Source: the human T2T-CHM13v2.0 reference genome, Homo sapiens. From it: 64,000 nucleotides of DNA. Location: the NCBI RefSeq assembly GCF_009914755.1, contig NC_060932.1. The stretch is one strand, 5' to 3'. The notes beneath the pieces were generated by a model, which had not been told where the DNA came from, made no database searches, and saw only the letters and a list, made by a program, of their open reading frames with translations. The position numbers and the translations under genes are program-made. Position 1 is the first letter of the stretch. Every line of letters begins with the position of its first letter. Below are positions 29,154 to 41,790 of the stretch, in pieces.

Positions 29154-29189
29154 CATGTTGTGTTAAAAGTTGTCCAAAGAAATACTGCT

Positions 29190-29370
29190 TAGGTCAAAAC
29201 CTGATGCTGCCATTTACTAGTTGTGACTCATTTGACAGTTTCTTAAACTCTCTGAGTAAGTTCCCACATAGACCATACTGCTATGATAAATATAAATGTA
29301 TATGTGAAAACTGCTTAAGGTCATATTTATCAGACAATATAAGCAAATAATATATGTTAATTGGTTAAGA
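29190..29370 (+). mobile_element. MIR remnant
   Basis: ctgccatttactagttgtgac...tttcttaaactctctgag, the MIR core. Confidence 0.55.
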
Positions 29371-29522
29371 GAAATCACACCTTTTTTTACTTTAAAGTTC
29401 ACTAATAATTGTGGAAAATATTCTTTTTTCTTTTTCCTCATCAAACTTTTATCTATTAATGTACATTTCTATGAATTCATTTTTTTCTATATTATACAAT
29501 GGAAGATAATATAACACTATTG

Positions 29523-30795
29523 TTTTTTATTTTATTTATTTTTTTTTAATTTTACTTTAACTTCCAAGATACATGTGCAGAAAGTGCAGGTTTGTTACAT
29601 AGGTATACATGTGCCATGGTGGTTTGTTTGCTGCACCTATCAACACGTCATCTAGGTTTTAAGCCCTGCATTCATTAAGTATTTGCCCTAATGCTCTCCA
29701 TACCCTAGACTCCCACCCCCGACAGGTCTGTGTGTGTTGTTCCTCTCCCTGTGTGCATGTGTTCTCATTGTTGAACTCCCACTTAGGAGTGAGAACATGC
29801 AGTGTTTGGTTTTCTGTTCCTGTGTTAGTTTGCTGAGGATGATGGCTGCCAGCTTCTTGAACCATGTCCCTGCAAAGGACATGATCTCATTCTTTTTTAT
29901 GGCTGCATAGTATTCCATGGTGTATATGTGCCACATTTTCTTTATTCAATATATCATTGATGTGCATTTAGGTAGGCTCCATGTCTTTGCTATTGTAAAT
30001 AGTGCTGCAGTAAATATATGTGTGCATGTATCTTTATAGTAGAATGATTTATATTCCTTTGGGTATATACTCAATAATGGGATTTCCTATGGTCAAAGGG
30101 TATTTCTTATTCTAGAAATCACCCTAATTCAAATCAATCAAAGTCCTTGAGGAACACTGTCTTCCACAATGTTTGAACTAATTTACATTCACACCAACAG
30201 TGTAAAAACATTCCTATTTCTCCACAGCCTCGACAGCAAATATTGTTTCTTGACTTTTTAATAATTGTTATTCTGACTGGTGTGAGATGGTATCTCATTA
30301 TGGTTTTGATTTACATGTCTCTAATGATCAGTGATAATGAGCTTTTTTTCATATGTTTGTTGGCGGCATAAATGTCTTTTTTTTTGAGAAGTGTCTGTTC
30401 ATATCCTTTTAACACTTTTTGATGGGGTTGTTTTGTTTTTGTTTTGTTTTGCTTTGTTTGTAAATTTAAGTTCCTTGTAGATTGTGGATATTAGACCTTT
30501 GTCAGATGGGTAGATTGCAAAGATTTTCTCCCATTCTGTAGGTTGCCTGTTCACTCTGATGCTGGTTTCTTTTGCTGTGCAGAAGCTCTTTAATTATATC
30601 CCATTTGTCAATTTTGGCTTTTGTTGCAATTACTTTTGGCATTTTTGTCATGAAGTCTTTGCCCACGCCTATTTCCTGAATGGTATTGCCTGCATTTTCT
30701 TCCAGGTTTTTTATGGTTTGGGGTTTTACATTTAAGTCTTTAATCCATCTTGAGTTAATTTTTGTATAAGGTGTAAGGAAGGGGTCCAGTTTCAG
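29523..30795 (-). mobile_element. L1PA8-like, 3' arm of a twin-primed insertion
   Basis: Poly-T, PA8-type 3'UTR, then ORF2 antisense up to ggtccagtttcag. Confidence 0.92.
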
Positions 30796-31187
30796 CCCAA
30801 AGTAATTTATAGGTTCAATGCTATTTCCGTCAAACTGCCACTGACTTTCTTCACAGAATTAGAAAAAAACTATTTTAAATTTCATATGGAACCAAAAAAG
30901 AGATCATATAGCCAAGACAATCCCATGTCAAAAGAACAAAGCTGGAGGCACCCTGCTACCTGACTTCAAAGTCTGCTACAAGGCTACAGCAATGAAAACA
31001 GCAAGGTACTGGTACCAAAACAGACATATAGACCAATGGAACAGAACAGAGACCTCAGAAATAACACCACACATCTACAACGATCTGGTCTTTGACAAAC
31101 CTGACAAAAACGAGCTATGGGGAAAGGATTCCCTATTTAAGAAATGGTTCTGGGTAAACTGACTAGCCATACGCAGAAAGCTGAAAC
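30796..31187 (+). mobile_element. L1PA8-like, inverted 5' arm
   Basis: Sense ORF2 cccaaagtaatttatagg ... cagaaagctgaaac ends at the L1 position where the other arm starts. Degenerate TSD aagataatataacact / aagaaaatgttatact. Confidence 0.9.
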
Positions 31188-31319
31188 AAGAAAATGTTAT
31201 ACTTACATTTTTGTTTAACTTTTACAGTATCTTTGTTAAATAGATTATGTGCTTGGGCCCATTTTATAGCTTATAGAATTAAAAAAATAAGCAATATCAA
31301 ACTGCACAAACCCATACAT

Positions 31320-32885
31320 ATATAAACTCAGGATGCTATTGTTTTAGAGTTTTCATGAGCATAAACCAATGGTCACATTTCTTTTGCTCTGAGATGAGGT
31401 CCATGGTCAGAAACAATACTACGTACAATGCCATGATATTTGAAAGGGCATTTTATTAGTTCATGGATGGTAATTTTGCAAAAGCACTGTAATCAGGGAA
31501 AGCAAATCAATACCTGTAGTAAGTATTCCACTATGAACAAAGCTCTGCCCTTCCATGATGGAAGTGGCCCAGTGAAAACAACCAGGCAGCTGGCTGATCA
31601 CCCAGGAAGTGGTTCCATGTTAGCAGGGACTATATCCAAATCAGCCCAGGTGAGTGGAAGACAGTGTTTTTCAGCACATACATATTATCCATCACTGCCA
31701 CCTTAGCCACTTTGTCACCAGCCAATACTTGGATATGATAGTAATGGCTGGTGAAAGAGCCTGGCTGACATCAACAGAACAGGCCATTCTATTTTCATTA
31801 TTAAAATATTGGTCTACTGAATCCACTTATTGACAATCATTCTCAAAGAACACGAATATCTTTATGGTGTTCCATTCAGTGACCATTCAGTGAGGTCTAC
31901 CCACATGCTCCTTCCCTAGACTTCCTTGCCACCAATATTCCAATCACGTTTCTTCAAATAGTGAACCATACAGGCAAGCCATTGGCTTCAGCTCATGAAT
32001 CATTGTAGTCCCCCATCTTTAGCCCTCTCTGCTTCCAGGCAAAATGAACAACCAGGTGCACTCATCCACGTTCTGCCCACTGGGAGGATTTTCCTTTGCG
32101 ATTGTCTTCAGGAAGACCCTGTAGGTGTGGGGCTGCAGTATTGCAGCTGCCCATCTCAGACAGTACGTGCACATCATTCAGATCCATTTGTAAACTACAC
32201 AAGAGTTTTTTCACCCTCAGATAGTCATAGGGTACTCTCATGTGGGTTCAGGTACAAGCTGAGAGAGAAAAAGCAGTGTAGCAAGAGTAAGAGCCATGCA
32301 CATTTGGGACACCTCTTCATGTAACTTTCCTATTCCTTCAAGGTGTGCCTGAGTCCACTCTGGTAAACACCACTTCCATTTGATAATGGAGTACTGCAGT
32401 GCACACCCAACTGTGACTTTTGGGGGCAAACAATACACAGTTCACAATGGACTATCTATTAAGTCCCTGTAGCAGACCAAAATCTGTTTCTCAAAAGCAG
32501 AGTAGACGTTCACTGAGGATAGTAAGGCCTTGATCCCAAATCCTAAAGGCCTGCACTGTGACTCACCTGTAGCAACCCTCTCTGCCACTGACATTTCAAG
32601 TTCCCTGAGGTGTACTCTATCATGAAACCCAAGAGGCAGAGCAGATTGCATAGCAGCCTGGATCTGTTCAGAGCCCTTTTGTGTTCTGGGCCTCACCCAG
32701 CATTAGCAACTTTTGAGTCACTATGTAAATGGGCCAGAGAAGCATATCTTAATGAGGTACACACTTCCTCCATAATCCATGGAGGTCTCACAGGAATAGC
32801 ACAAAGGTGGAAAAACAACAACTTATCCTTTACCTAGACAAGGATATTTTGACAATCTCCAGGCCACTGGGCCGTGGAAACTTTG
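31320..32885 (-). mobile_element. ERVL-class internal (pol: RT end, RNase H, integrase start) remnant with no LTRs evident
   Basis: Minus strand reads RMACSVDVSQALSPA (compare ERVL pol RMTRSVDTSQPLSPA) and contains cagtgggcagaac (QWAE). Many stops and frameshifts. Confidence 0.75.
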
Positions 32886-33018
32886 AAAGACACATAATTA
32901 AGCCATCAGAGGTATTATGAATTTAAGGATGAAATTAATGGGATAGAAATATAGTACTTTTTATTGTTATCCTATGTCATTGTTTATTTTTTTTTCAGTA
33001 GTCTTTGACATCATAAAG

Positions 33019-33195
33019 CAGTGGTTCTCAAAAGTGAGCATACAATGGAATCACCTGGATATCTTGTTAAAACTCTGGTTGCTAGGCCCTAACCCCAGAG
33101 TTTCTGATTCGGTAGATGTGGGAAGGAGCCTAGGAATTTGCAATTCTAAGTTCCCAGGTGCTGCTGATGCAGGGACCACACTGTGCAAACCACTA
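33019..33195. mobile_element. MER5A hAT-Charlie MITE
   Basis: TIRs cagtggttctcaaa ... aaaccacta, with internal gaatcacctgg, ccagagtttctgattc and aagttcccaggtg. Confidence 0.88.
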
Positions 33196-33759
33196 GATGG
33201 AGAAAGAAGTGGATGATTTATGGTAGAAAGCAAGTTATAAGTTGACTGTAATATGATTTGTCCCTGATAACTCTCTGTTTTGTTTCTGAATTTGTTCTGT
33301 GGGTAAAGGATACTCTGTGTAAAAGGAAAGTTAACAACATTCAAACTCCAGGTACCAAGTCTGCTGTAAGACCACACAGACCTCTGTGTCAAGCCTCCTT
33401 GTGTCTAGGTGCTGCATGGCATTTACACAGCAGAACAGAACATTTAATACATTTCAGAAGAGATAAACATTTTAGTATAAATATTTAGTATTTTAGGCAT
33501 AAAATATAGTGTTTTTCAAAAAACTATAAAAATAGAGATAGGATTTTAACTTGATTTCAGTAGCACATCTAATAATTGAACTTTTTTGAATCCCAATTCT
33601 AAATTCTAATCTAAGTTAAATTCTGATCTAAGTTAATTCTTCTCTAGAACACGTTTGAGTGAAGATTATTTTGTGAACAATGGGAAGACAATTGCTTGTG
33701 TTATAGATATTCCCTATTTTCTGTTTGAATGTTGATTACTCATAAGTCATTTGGTAGCT

Positions 33760-33890
33760 TTCATTCATTTATTAATCCATTAAACAAGCATGTACTGAAT
33801 ACCTGCTATATACTAGGTTATCTACTAGGCACTGGAATTCAAAGATGGATACGGTATAATTCAGCCTTTAAGGAGCTCACAGTCTACTGT
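33760..33890 (-). mobile_element. L2 3' end
   Basis: ttcattcattt...tactgaatacctgctat...ctaggcactgg...aaggagctcacagtcta. Confidence 0.75.
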
Positions 33891-35267
33891 AACTGAGTCT
33901 TCTCAGAGAAAGGCCAGCATTCTGCTTCTGATTCTTTCTAGAACAATATTATATTTCATAGAATATGATATTTCATGCAAAATACAGCTGTTAACCATAT
34001 TTTTATAGTTATTACCTCCCTGGATTGAGGAGAATAGTCAGAACAAAAGGTGGTAATATTTATATTTCATATTTTCTGCTTTTAAGATTATATTTCAGAT
34101 TTATTTTCACTCAATGTGCCCAATTTAAGTCTATTGTTGATAACATTGATAACATCAGTAAGGTTATGACTTTGCAATCAGTTTGAAATGCATAGCTCCA
34201 GTTGATTTAAATGATTTCTCTTTGAGAAAAAAAGGTAATGAATTGGCCGTAACTAATTAGCATGCCATAAATCATCACACTGGTGTTCTTTTCTACTTGA
34301 ATACCTGAGAAAGGTATACTAACAGAAAATACTCTCTTTCTCTTTTTTTAAGTGTTTGCTAGTGCCTTTTAGAGGTAAATTGTTTCAATAAAGCTTCTTG
34401 CACACACTTGCAGAACCTTTGAAAGCCATTTTACTACCTCCTGTTGACAAACAGCAAGATCCTCCGCACATCACAGAGGTGACATGCTTGGTCATTTGGG
34501 GGTGGATAGTGGAACTGGTTCCCTGTGAGGAAGCAGCCACCTGTTCACTCTTTCAGTAGGTGAAGCAAAACAGCTAGAGCATATGAAGAAACAAGGTGGA
34601 ATGACACGACAATAAGAATAAATTGGGCTTAGATAGAATGGTGCAATTATGCTACAAACAGCTTGCCTTTCATTGCCATAAATTATGCCGGGTTATAGTA
34701 TTATTTTCTGGATAAGCACTTCGCTATTTTTTCTTTCACTGGTCTTCTTTTTACATTTTACCATTCAGAATTCTCTATTTTCATCAGTCTTGCCATATAT
34801 CATACTTACGTAGCCTTCTGAAAGCTCCAAAGTTTATGAGACTTTTATGTCAAATATGTTAGGCTGGGTTTTGTTTATTTGTTATTTATATTATGCTGTG
34901 GTGTTTCTGGGATAAAATCCTCTCTGTCCTCACTATAAGCATTACATACAGCCATTTGGTAATGGTAAGAAACTAAGATTTTATTGTAACAGATATTTTA
35001 TCCTTTTTTTGGTTCATCAGAAGCAGTATTGAAGGGCAAAAGGAGAAAAATGCTTGGCAAATCGTTGCTAATTTTGAAATATTGGGTTATCAGCATAGGA
35101 TGCTCTAATATGCCAGGTGAATCAGTAAGTAGTGTTCCATTGATTCACAAGAGCACTACTGGAAATAGTTCGGCAAATCATTTGCCTCACTATCTTTGGT
35201 TAATCAGCTGTAATTTATGTTGAGAAACAATCCTCTAATACAGAATTATGAGGGGAAACTGTTCTTG

Positions 35268-35488
35268 TTTTTTAAAAAAATAAACTTTAAATTCTGGGAT
35301 ACATATGCAGAACATACAGGTTTGTTACATAGGTATACACGTGCCATGCTGGTTTGCTGAACCTGTCAACCCATCACCTAGGTTTTAAGCCCTGCATGCA
35401 GTAGGTATTTGTGCTAATGCTCTACCTCCCCTTTCTCCTCACCCCACAACAGGCCCCGGTGTGTGCTGTTCCCCTCCCTGTATCCATG
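35268..35488 (-). mobile_element. Short 5'-truncated L1PA8-like (3'UTR only)
   Basis: PA8-type 3'UTR. TSD ggaaactgttcttg / ggaacgtgttcttg. Confidence 0.9.
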
Positions 35489-35607
35489 CAAGGAACGTGT
35501 TCTTGAGATGAGACTGGTGATACCAATCACCATTGAATATTTGTCCTCTCAGTATATTGTCTCAGTTAGCCTATGTATGATGGGACAATAAAAGGGAGAA
35601 TTTCATG

Positions 35608-35692
35608 GTCAATAACTCAAAAGCAAATGTAATAAAAACAAAGAAAAATAGCTGGGGCCTAATTAAACTAAAGAGCTTTTGCACAGCAAAAG
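35608..35692 (+). mobile_element. Isolated ~85-bp internal L1 ORF2 fragment (L1PB-type)
   Basis: Encodes [25 protein letters not shown]. No tail or TSD. Confidence 0.8.
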
Positions 35693-35924
35693 AGGATTTC
35701 CAAATATCACCATATTGTTTTTACCTTTCCGTGTTTACTGGACTTCATGGAGTCAGAGAAGCCACAGAGAAGGCTTCCGTGTGGCCTGATTTATTGAGAG
35801 CCCTGGTGTGCCCAGTGGGCATCCCACCCTGAGTGCAGCACAAGAAAGCCAAATCTCCAAAAAGCTTTTGTTGTTGTTTTGTTGTTTGTTTTGTTTGTCA
35901 TATCTTTTTAAAAAGAACAAAACC

Positions 35925-36070
35925 AGAAGCAGCTTGGTATTATCAGATTCCACTGGCCTGGGATGTTGGAGTCTCTGGCTCAACAACTCATCTGCTTTTT
36001 AGGTTTGAGAAATTTACTTGCTTTCTTTGGTCCTTAGTATTTTCATCTGTGAAATAAGGAAGTTAGGCCC
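35925..36070 (+). mobile_element. MIR remnant
   Basis: aatttacttgctttctttggtccttagtattttcatctgtgaaataagg, the MIR core. Confidence 0.6.
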
Positions 36071-36095
36071 ATTTTGTTGTTACACCATCATGTAA

Positions 36096-39000
36096 CATTT
36101 CCCTGATCATTATTGATGTTGAGCATTTTTTTCATATGTTTGTTGGCCATCTGTATATCTTCTTTTAAGAATTGTCTATTCATATCCTTAGCCCACATTT
36201 TGATGGGATTGTTTGTTTTACTGATTTGTTTGAGTTTGTTGTAGATTGTGGATATTAGTCCTTTGTCAGATGTATAGGTTGTGATGATTTTCTCCCACTC
36301 TGTGGGTTGTCTGTTTATTCTGCTGACATTCCTTTTGCTGCATAAAAGCTCTTCAGTTTAAATAGGTCCCAGCTATTTTTTTTTTTTAATTGCATTTGCT
36401 TTTGGGTTCTTGGTCATGAAATCCTTGCCTAAGCCAATGTCTAGAAGGGTTTTTCCAATGTTAATTTCTACAATTTTTATAGTTTTAGGTCTTAGGTTTA
36501 AGTCCTTAATCCATCTTGAGTTGATTTTTGTATAAGGTGAGAGATGAGGATCCAGTTTCCTTCTCCTACATGTGGCCAGCCAATTATCCCAGCACTATTT
36601 GTTGAAAAGGATGTCCTTTCCCTGTTTTATGTTTTTGTTTGCTTTGTCGAAGATCAGTTGACTGTAAGTATTTGGGTTTATTTCTGGATTCTCTATTCTG
36701 TTTCATTGGTCTGTGTGCCTTTTTTTATACCAGTACCATGCTGTTTGGGTGACTATGGCCTTATAGTATAGTTTGAAATCAGGTAGTGTGATGCCTCCAG
36801 ATTTGTTCTTTTTGCTTAGTCTGCTTTGGCTGTGTGGGCTTGTTTTTGGATCCATATGAATTTTATAATTATTTTTTCTAATTCTGTGTAGAATGATGGT
36901 GGTATTTTGATGGGGATTGCATTCAATTTGTAAATTACTTTTGGCAGTATGGTCATTTTCACAACATTGTTTCTACCTATCCATGAGCATGGGATGTGTT
37001 TCCATTTGTTTGTGTCATCTACAATTTATTTCAGCAGTGTTTTGTAGTTTTCCTCATAGAAGTCTTTAGGCTCCTTAGGTATATTCCCAAGTTGTTTTTT
37101 TGTTTTCTTATTTGTTTGTTTGTTTGTTTTTGCAGCTATAGTAAAAAGGGTTGAGTTCTTGATTTGATTCTCCACTTGGTCGCTGTTGGTATATAGAAGA
37201 GCTACTGATTTGTATACATTAATCTTGTATCTGGAAACTTTGCTGAATCCTTTTATCAATTCTAGGAGCTTTCTGGAGGAGTCCTTAGGGTTTTCAAGGT
37301 AAAGGATCATATCATCAGCAAACAGTGACAGTTTGACTTCCTCTTTGCCAATGTGGATGCCCTTTATTTCTTCCTTTTGTATGATTGCTCTGACTAGGAC
37401 TTCTAGTACTTTGTTGAAGAAGAGTAGTGAGAGAGTGCATCCTTGTTTTGTTCCAGTTCTCAGAGGGAATGCTTTCAACATTTCCCCATTCAGTATTATG
37501 TTGGCTGTGGGTTTGTCCTAGATGACCTTCATTACCTTAAGGTATGTCCCTTGTATGCTGATTTTGCTGAGAGTTTTAATCATAAAGAGATGCTGGATTT
37601 TGTCAAATGCTTTTTCTGCATCTATTGAGATGATCATGTGATTTTTGTTTTTAATTCTGTTTTTGTGGCGTACCACATTTATTGACTTGTGTATATTAAA
37701 CCATCCCTGCATCTCTGGTATGAAAACCACTTGATCATGGTGGATCATCTTTTTGATATGTTGTTGGATTCTGTAGCTAGTATTTTGTTTAGGATACTAG
37801 CAAATACATTCATCAAGGATATCAATCTATAGTTTTCTTTTCAGTTATGTCCTTTCCTGGTTTAGGTATTAGGGTGATGCTGGCTCCATAAATTGAATTA
37901 GGGAGGTTTCCTTCTTCCTCTATCTTGTGGAATAGTGTTCAAAAAGATTGGTACCAATTCTTATTTGAATGTCTGGTAGAATTCTGCTGTGAATCCATCT
38001 GGTCCTGGACATGTTTTGTTGGCAATTTTCAAATTAGCATTTCCATCTCCCTGCTTGATATTGTTCTGTTCAGGGTATCTAATTCTTCTTGATTTAAGCT
38101 AGGAAGTTGTATTTTTCCAGGAATTACTCATCTCTTCTAGATTTTCTAGTTTATGTGTGTATAGGTGTTCATAGTAGCCTTGAATGATCTTTTGCATTCC
38201 AGTGGTGTCAGTTGTAATATCTCCTGTTTCATTTCTCAGTGAGGTTATTTGGATTTTCTCTCTTCTTTTCTTGGTTAATCTTGCTAATGGTCTATTAATT
38301 TTATTTATCTTTTCAAAGAACCAGCTTTTTGTTTCATTTATTTTTTGTACTTCTTTTGGTTTCAATTTCATTTAGTTCTGCTCTGATCTTGGTAATTTCC
38401 TTTCTTCTGCTGGGTTTGGGTTTGGATTATTCTTGTTTTTCTATTTCCTTGAGATGTGACCTTAGAATGTCAGTTTGTGCTCTTTCATTTTTTTTGATGT
38501 AGGCACTTAGGGCTATGAACTTTCCTCTTGGCACCGCCTTTGCATTAGCCCAGAGATTTTGATAGATTGTGTCATTATTGTCATTCAGTTCGAAGAATTT
38601 TTTTACTTCAATCTTGATTTTGTTTTTGACCCAGAAGATGACTCTTTCTAGAAAGCATCAGCTGTAGTAGTGTACAGAGAGACAGGCGGTGGGCAGGGCC
38701 CTAGAACTCACAAGATTATATGCCCCTTGTCTTCTGCTACCAGGATGGATAGGGAAGGACCATCTGGTGGGGACAGGGCTAGGCATCACTGACCTCAGTC
38801 TCTACTTGGGCAGTTCTTGCTGTGGCTGCTGTGGAGAATGCAAGTGAGGTTCCCATGTCACTGGAGTTGTGTACCTGGAGGACTATGGCTGCCTCTGCTG
38901 AGTCATGCAGGTCATCAGGGAAGTGGGGGAAAGCCAGCAGTCACAGGCCTCACACAGCTCCCATGCAAACCTAAGGGCTGGTCTCACTCCCACCGTGACC

Positions 39001-39658
39001 CCCACAAGAACCCTGAGTCTGTTTCCAAGGAGAGGGCATGATGGGCTTGAAAACTTGCCCCGGGATACCTGCCTTCCAGCTGTGAAAGAAAAGGGCTTGG
39101 TTCTTCCCCCATCTGTAAAGTCTGCACACCAGATTTCTATCCTCCCTGGATTTCTGGCCAGGAGGTTTCTCGCCCCGTTCAAATTGTTACAAAATTCAGC
39201 TAGAGATTTCCTTCTCCCTGTGGAGTTATACCTCCTGCTCCTCTGGTCACCCTCCCAATGGATCCCTGTTATGCCAGGCAAGAATGGCCTGCTAGGGGAT
39301 GCGGCAAGCTCCCAGGGCCTTTCTGCTTCTTCCTCTACCCCTGTATTTCACTTAGCTCTCTAAATTGACTCAGCTCCAGGTAAAGTCAGAAAGGTCTCCC
39401 GCAAACAGACCTTCAGCTTTTCCACTGGGGGTGTGTGTTCTGGAGAGAAGGGTCTCCCTTTCCCACTTCTGCAGTTGTATTTGGGGTGTCTTCTGGGTCC
39501 TACAGGAGCAGTTCACTTCCTTCAGAGGGTCTGTGGGTCCTCTCAGGGCTGTTGGTTTGTTCTTGCAGTCGGCCTGGAGCTAAAATTCACAATGAGAGTT
39601 TCCGCAAGCTGCTCTGTCTGGAATTGCAACTAGTCCTGCCTCCGGTCCTCCATGATGA
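36096..39658 (-). mobile_element. L1PB-like element with intact 5' start, large internal deletion (junction about 38633) and missing 3' end
   Basis: RT peptides ([26 protein letters not shown]) at 37026-37748. 5'UTR at 38634-39658 ends cctgcctccggtcctccatgat. No ORF1, 3'UTR or poly-T. Confidence 0.9.
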
Positions 39659-40380
39659 TGATTCTTGAGATGAGATTTTAATATCAATAATTTTCATGGG
39701 GATCTTTATCCATCCAAACATATGAAAGTGGCTTAACTGGAGTAAATTTCAGGAATTATTTGGGCTTAATATAAAAACTATCCTTTTATGTAATGTCCTT
39801 AGTCTGTTTCACACTGCTGAAGTTGATGGAATTGTCCCAGGAAATCACTGTTGTATAAAGTCTAATGATTCTCTATCTGAGTTGACCAGTATCCATTAGA
39901 GTTTTTGACCTAGTGTCAAGGCAAAAGCACTTAAATAATTGTCAGAAGGCCTGGACAGAAGACCCTGATTTGCCATTTTATGGCTAGCAACTGGTATCTC
40001 GTAATCCATGCAACTGTCTCAGAATTAACAAGTACATGAGATTCTTATGAAAGCCTAATGAAATGATTTGTGAAAACTGCAATGCACAATGAATAATCAT
40101 GATTATTAAAGATAAATTTAGAATATTTGTAGAAGCTGCCTTTAAACTCTCTTTTTCTCTTCTTTAAGCCGTGTCTACTTTTACAGCAAGTGTGGATGGT
40201 TGAAGGATCTCTCTCTCTCATTTGTTTTGGATTATTTGGATCAAAGCATTGTCTGCTTTCTTTTTTAATTTCATTCTATGTAGAAAAGTACTCTTCATAG
40301 AAGAGCAAGGAGAAAAGTTGTTTGGGGCCAGACTTGGCAAGTAGATGTGAACATTCTTGATGTTTTAAAAGTAGCATATA

Positions 40381-40749
<369 letters not shown>

Positions 40750-41029
40750 TTAAAATAAAAGATACCACTTTGCTACTACTTGGTTTATTTTCTTGAAAAG
40801 TAGGAACTGGAAGAGTACCGAAATTTAGCAAAAATGATTGTTATTTATTTCCATATTTATTTTTCTTTGTGGTCTTCACTTGCAAATAGTTGAATTAATC
40901 ATATTATTTGGTCTATGGAAAACATCACCACTGGCCTATGCAAGGCCCGCCTGATTATACATTTATGTGTATGTGTGAATATGTAATATGTACATAAAGA
41001 TATATACATTCAAATACATTCCTGTAAGC

Positions 41030-41790
41030 AGTATTTCTGTTGTCTGTTTACATACATTTTAGGATTGCATAGTTTATTGTGCTCTAATGCTTTCTCATTC
41101 TATTGTACTTTTGCTCAGCATTTTTTTAAAAACTTGTCTCTGTTAATAGGTGCACCTTTTCTCTATCTTTTAGTTTCTCAGTATTGTTCTCCAGAGATTG
41201 ACTTTGAGATTGCATCCAGGGCCTTGTCATCACAGGATAACACCAGAATGAATATCCTTGCATACTTTCCCTTGTGTGAGAATATCTTTGGAATATTTAT
41301 CTGTGATCTGACTTTCTAAGATTTTCACATGCTTAAATTTTGTATTGCCAGATTACTGTCCAGAGTGGCAAGCTACATATCACTAAAAATAAGGATATTC
41401 TACTTTATCATTTTACCTTCCACATTGAGGTTTCTGATGCATCTCGTTTCAAACTTGGAACATGGTGTTATGCAGGTACACAGTTTTATCATTTTTCCCT
41501 AGTAGTAAACATGTCCTAGTACCGTCTTCTAAACCATCTATTTTTCCCGTTGGTTTTACTGGCATATTTATTATATTTTCTTTTTTTATTTTAAAAATTA
41601 TCAGTCTTTATTCTCATATGCAGTTCAAACAATACAATTTAACAATTCTAAGACATTATTTTCAATTGTCACTTATAAATTGACCATTCTTAAATCTCTC
41701 TCTTGTGTTCTGTTGGTGTCCACTTCCCTACCAATGTCATTATATTTATTTCCGTACTTTGCAGTTTATCTGCACATTTGTCTTCTTTTC
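41030..41790 (-). mobile_element. Very old L1M remnant
   Basis: atgaatatccttgcatac, gagaatatctttggaatat, tattgccagattactgtccagagtgg. Boundaries approximate. Confidence 0.45.

Noticed and set aside
38817-39668. ORFs up to 152 aa
   Set aside because: These are GC-richer L1PB 5'UTR frames, not host genes.
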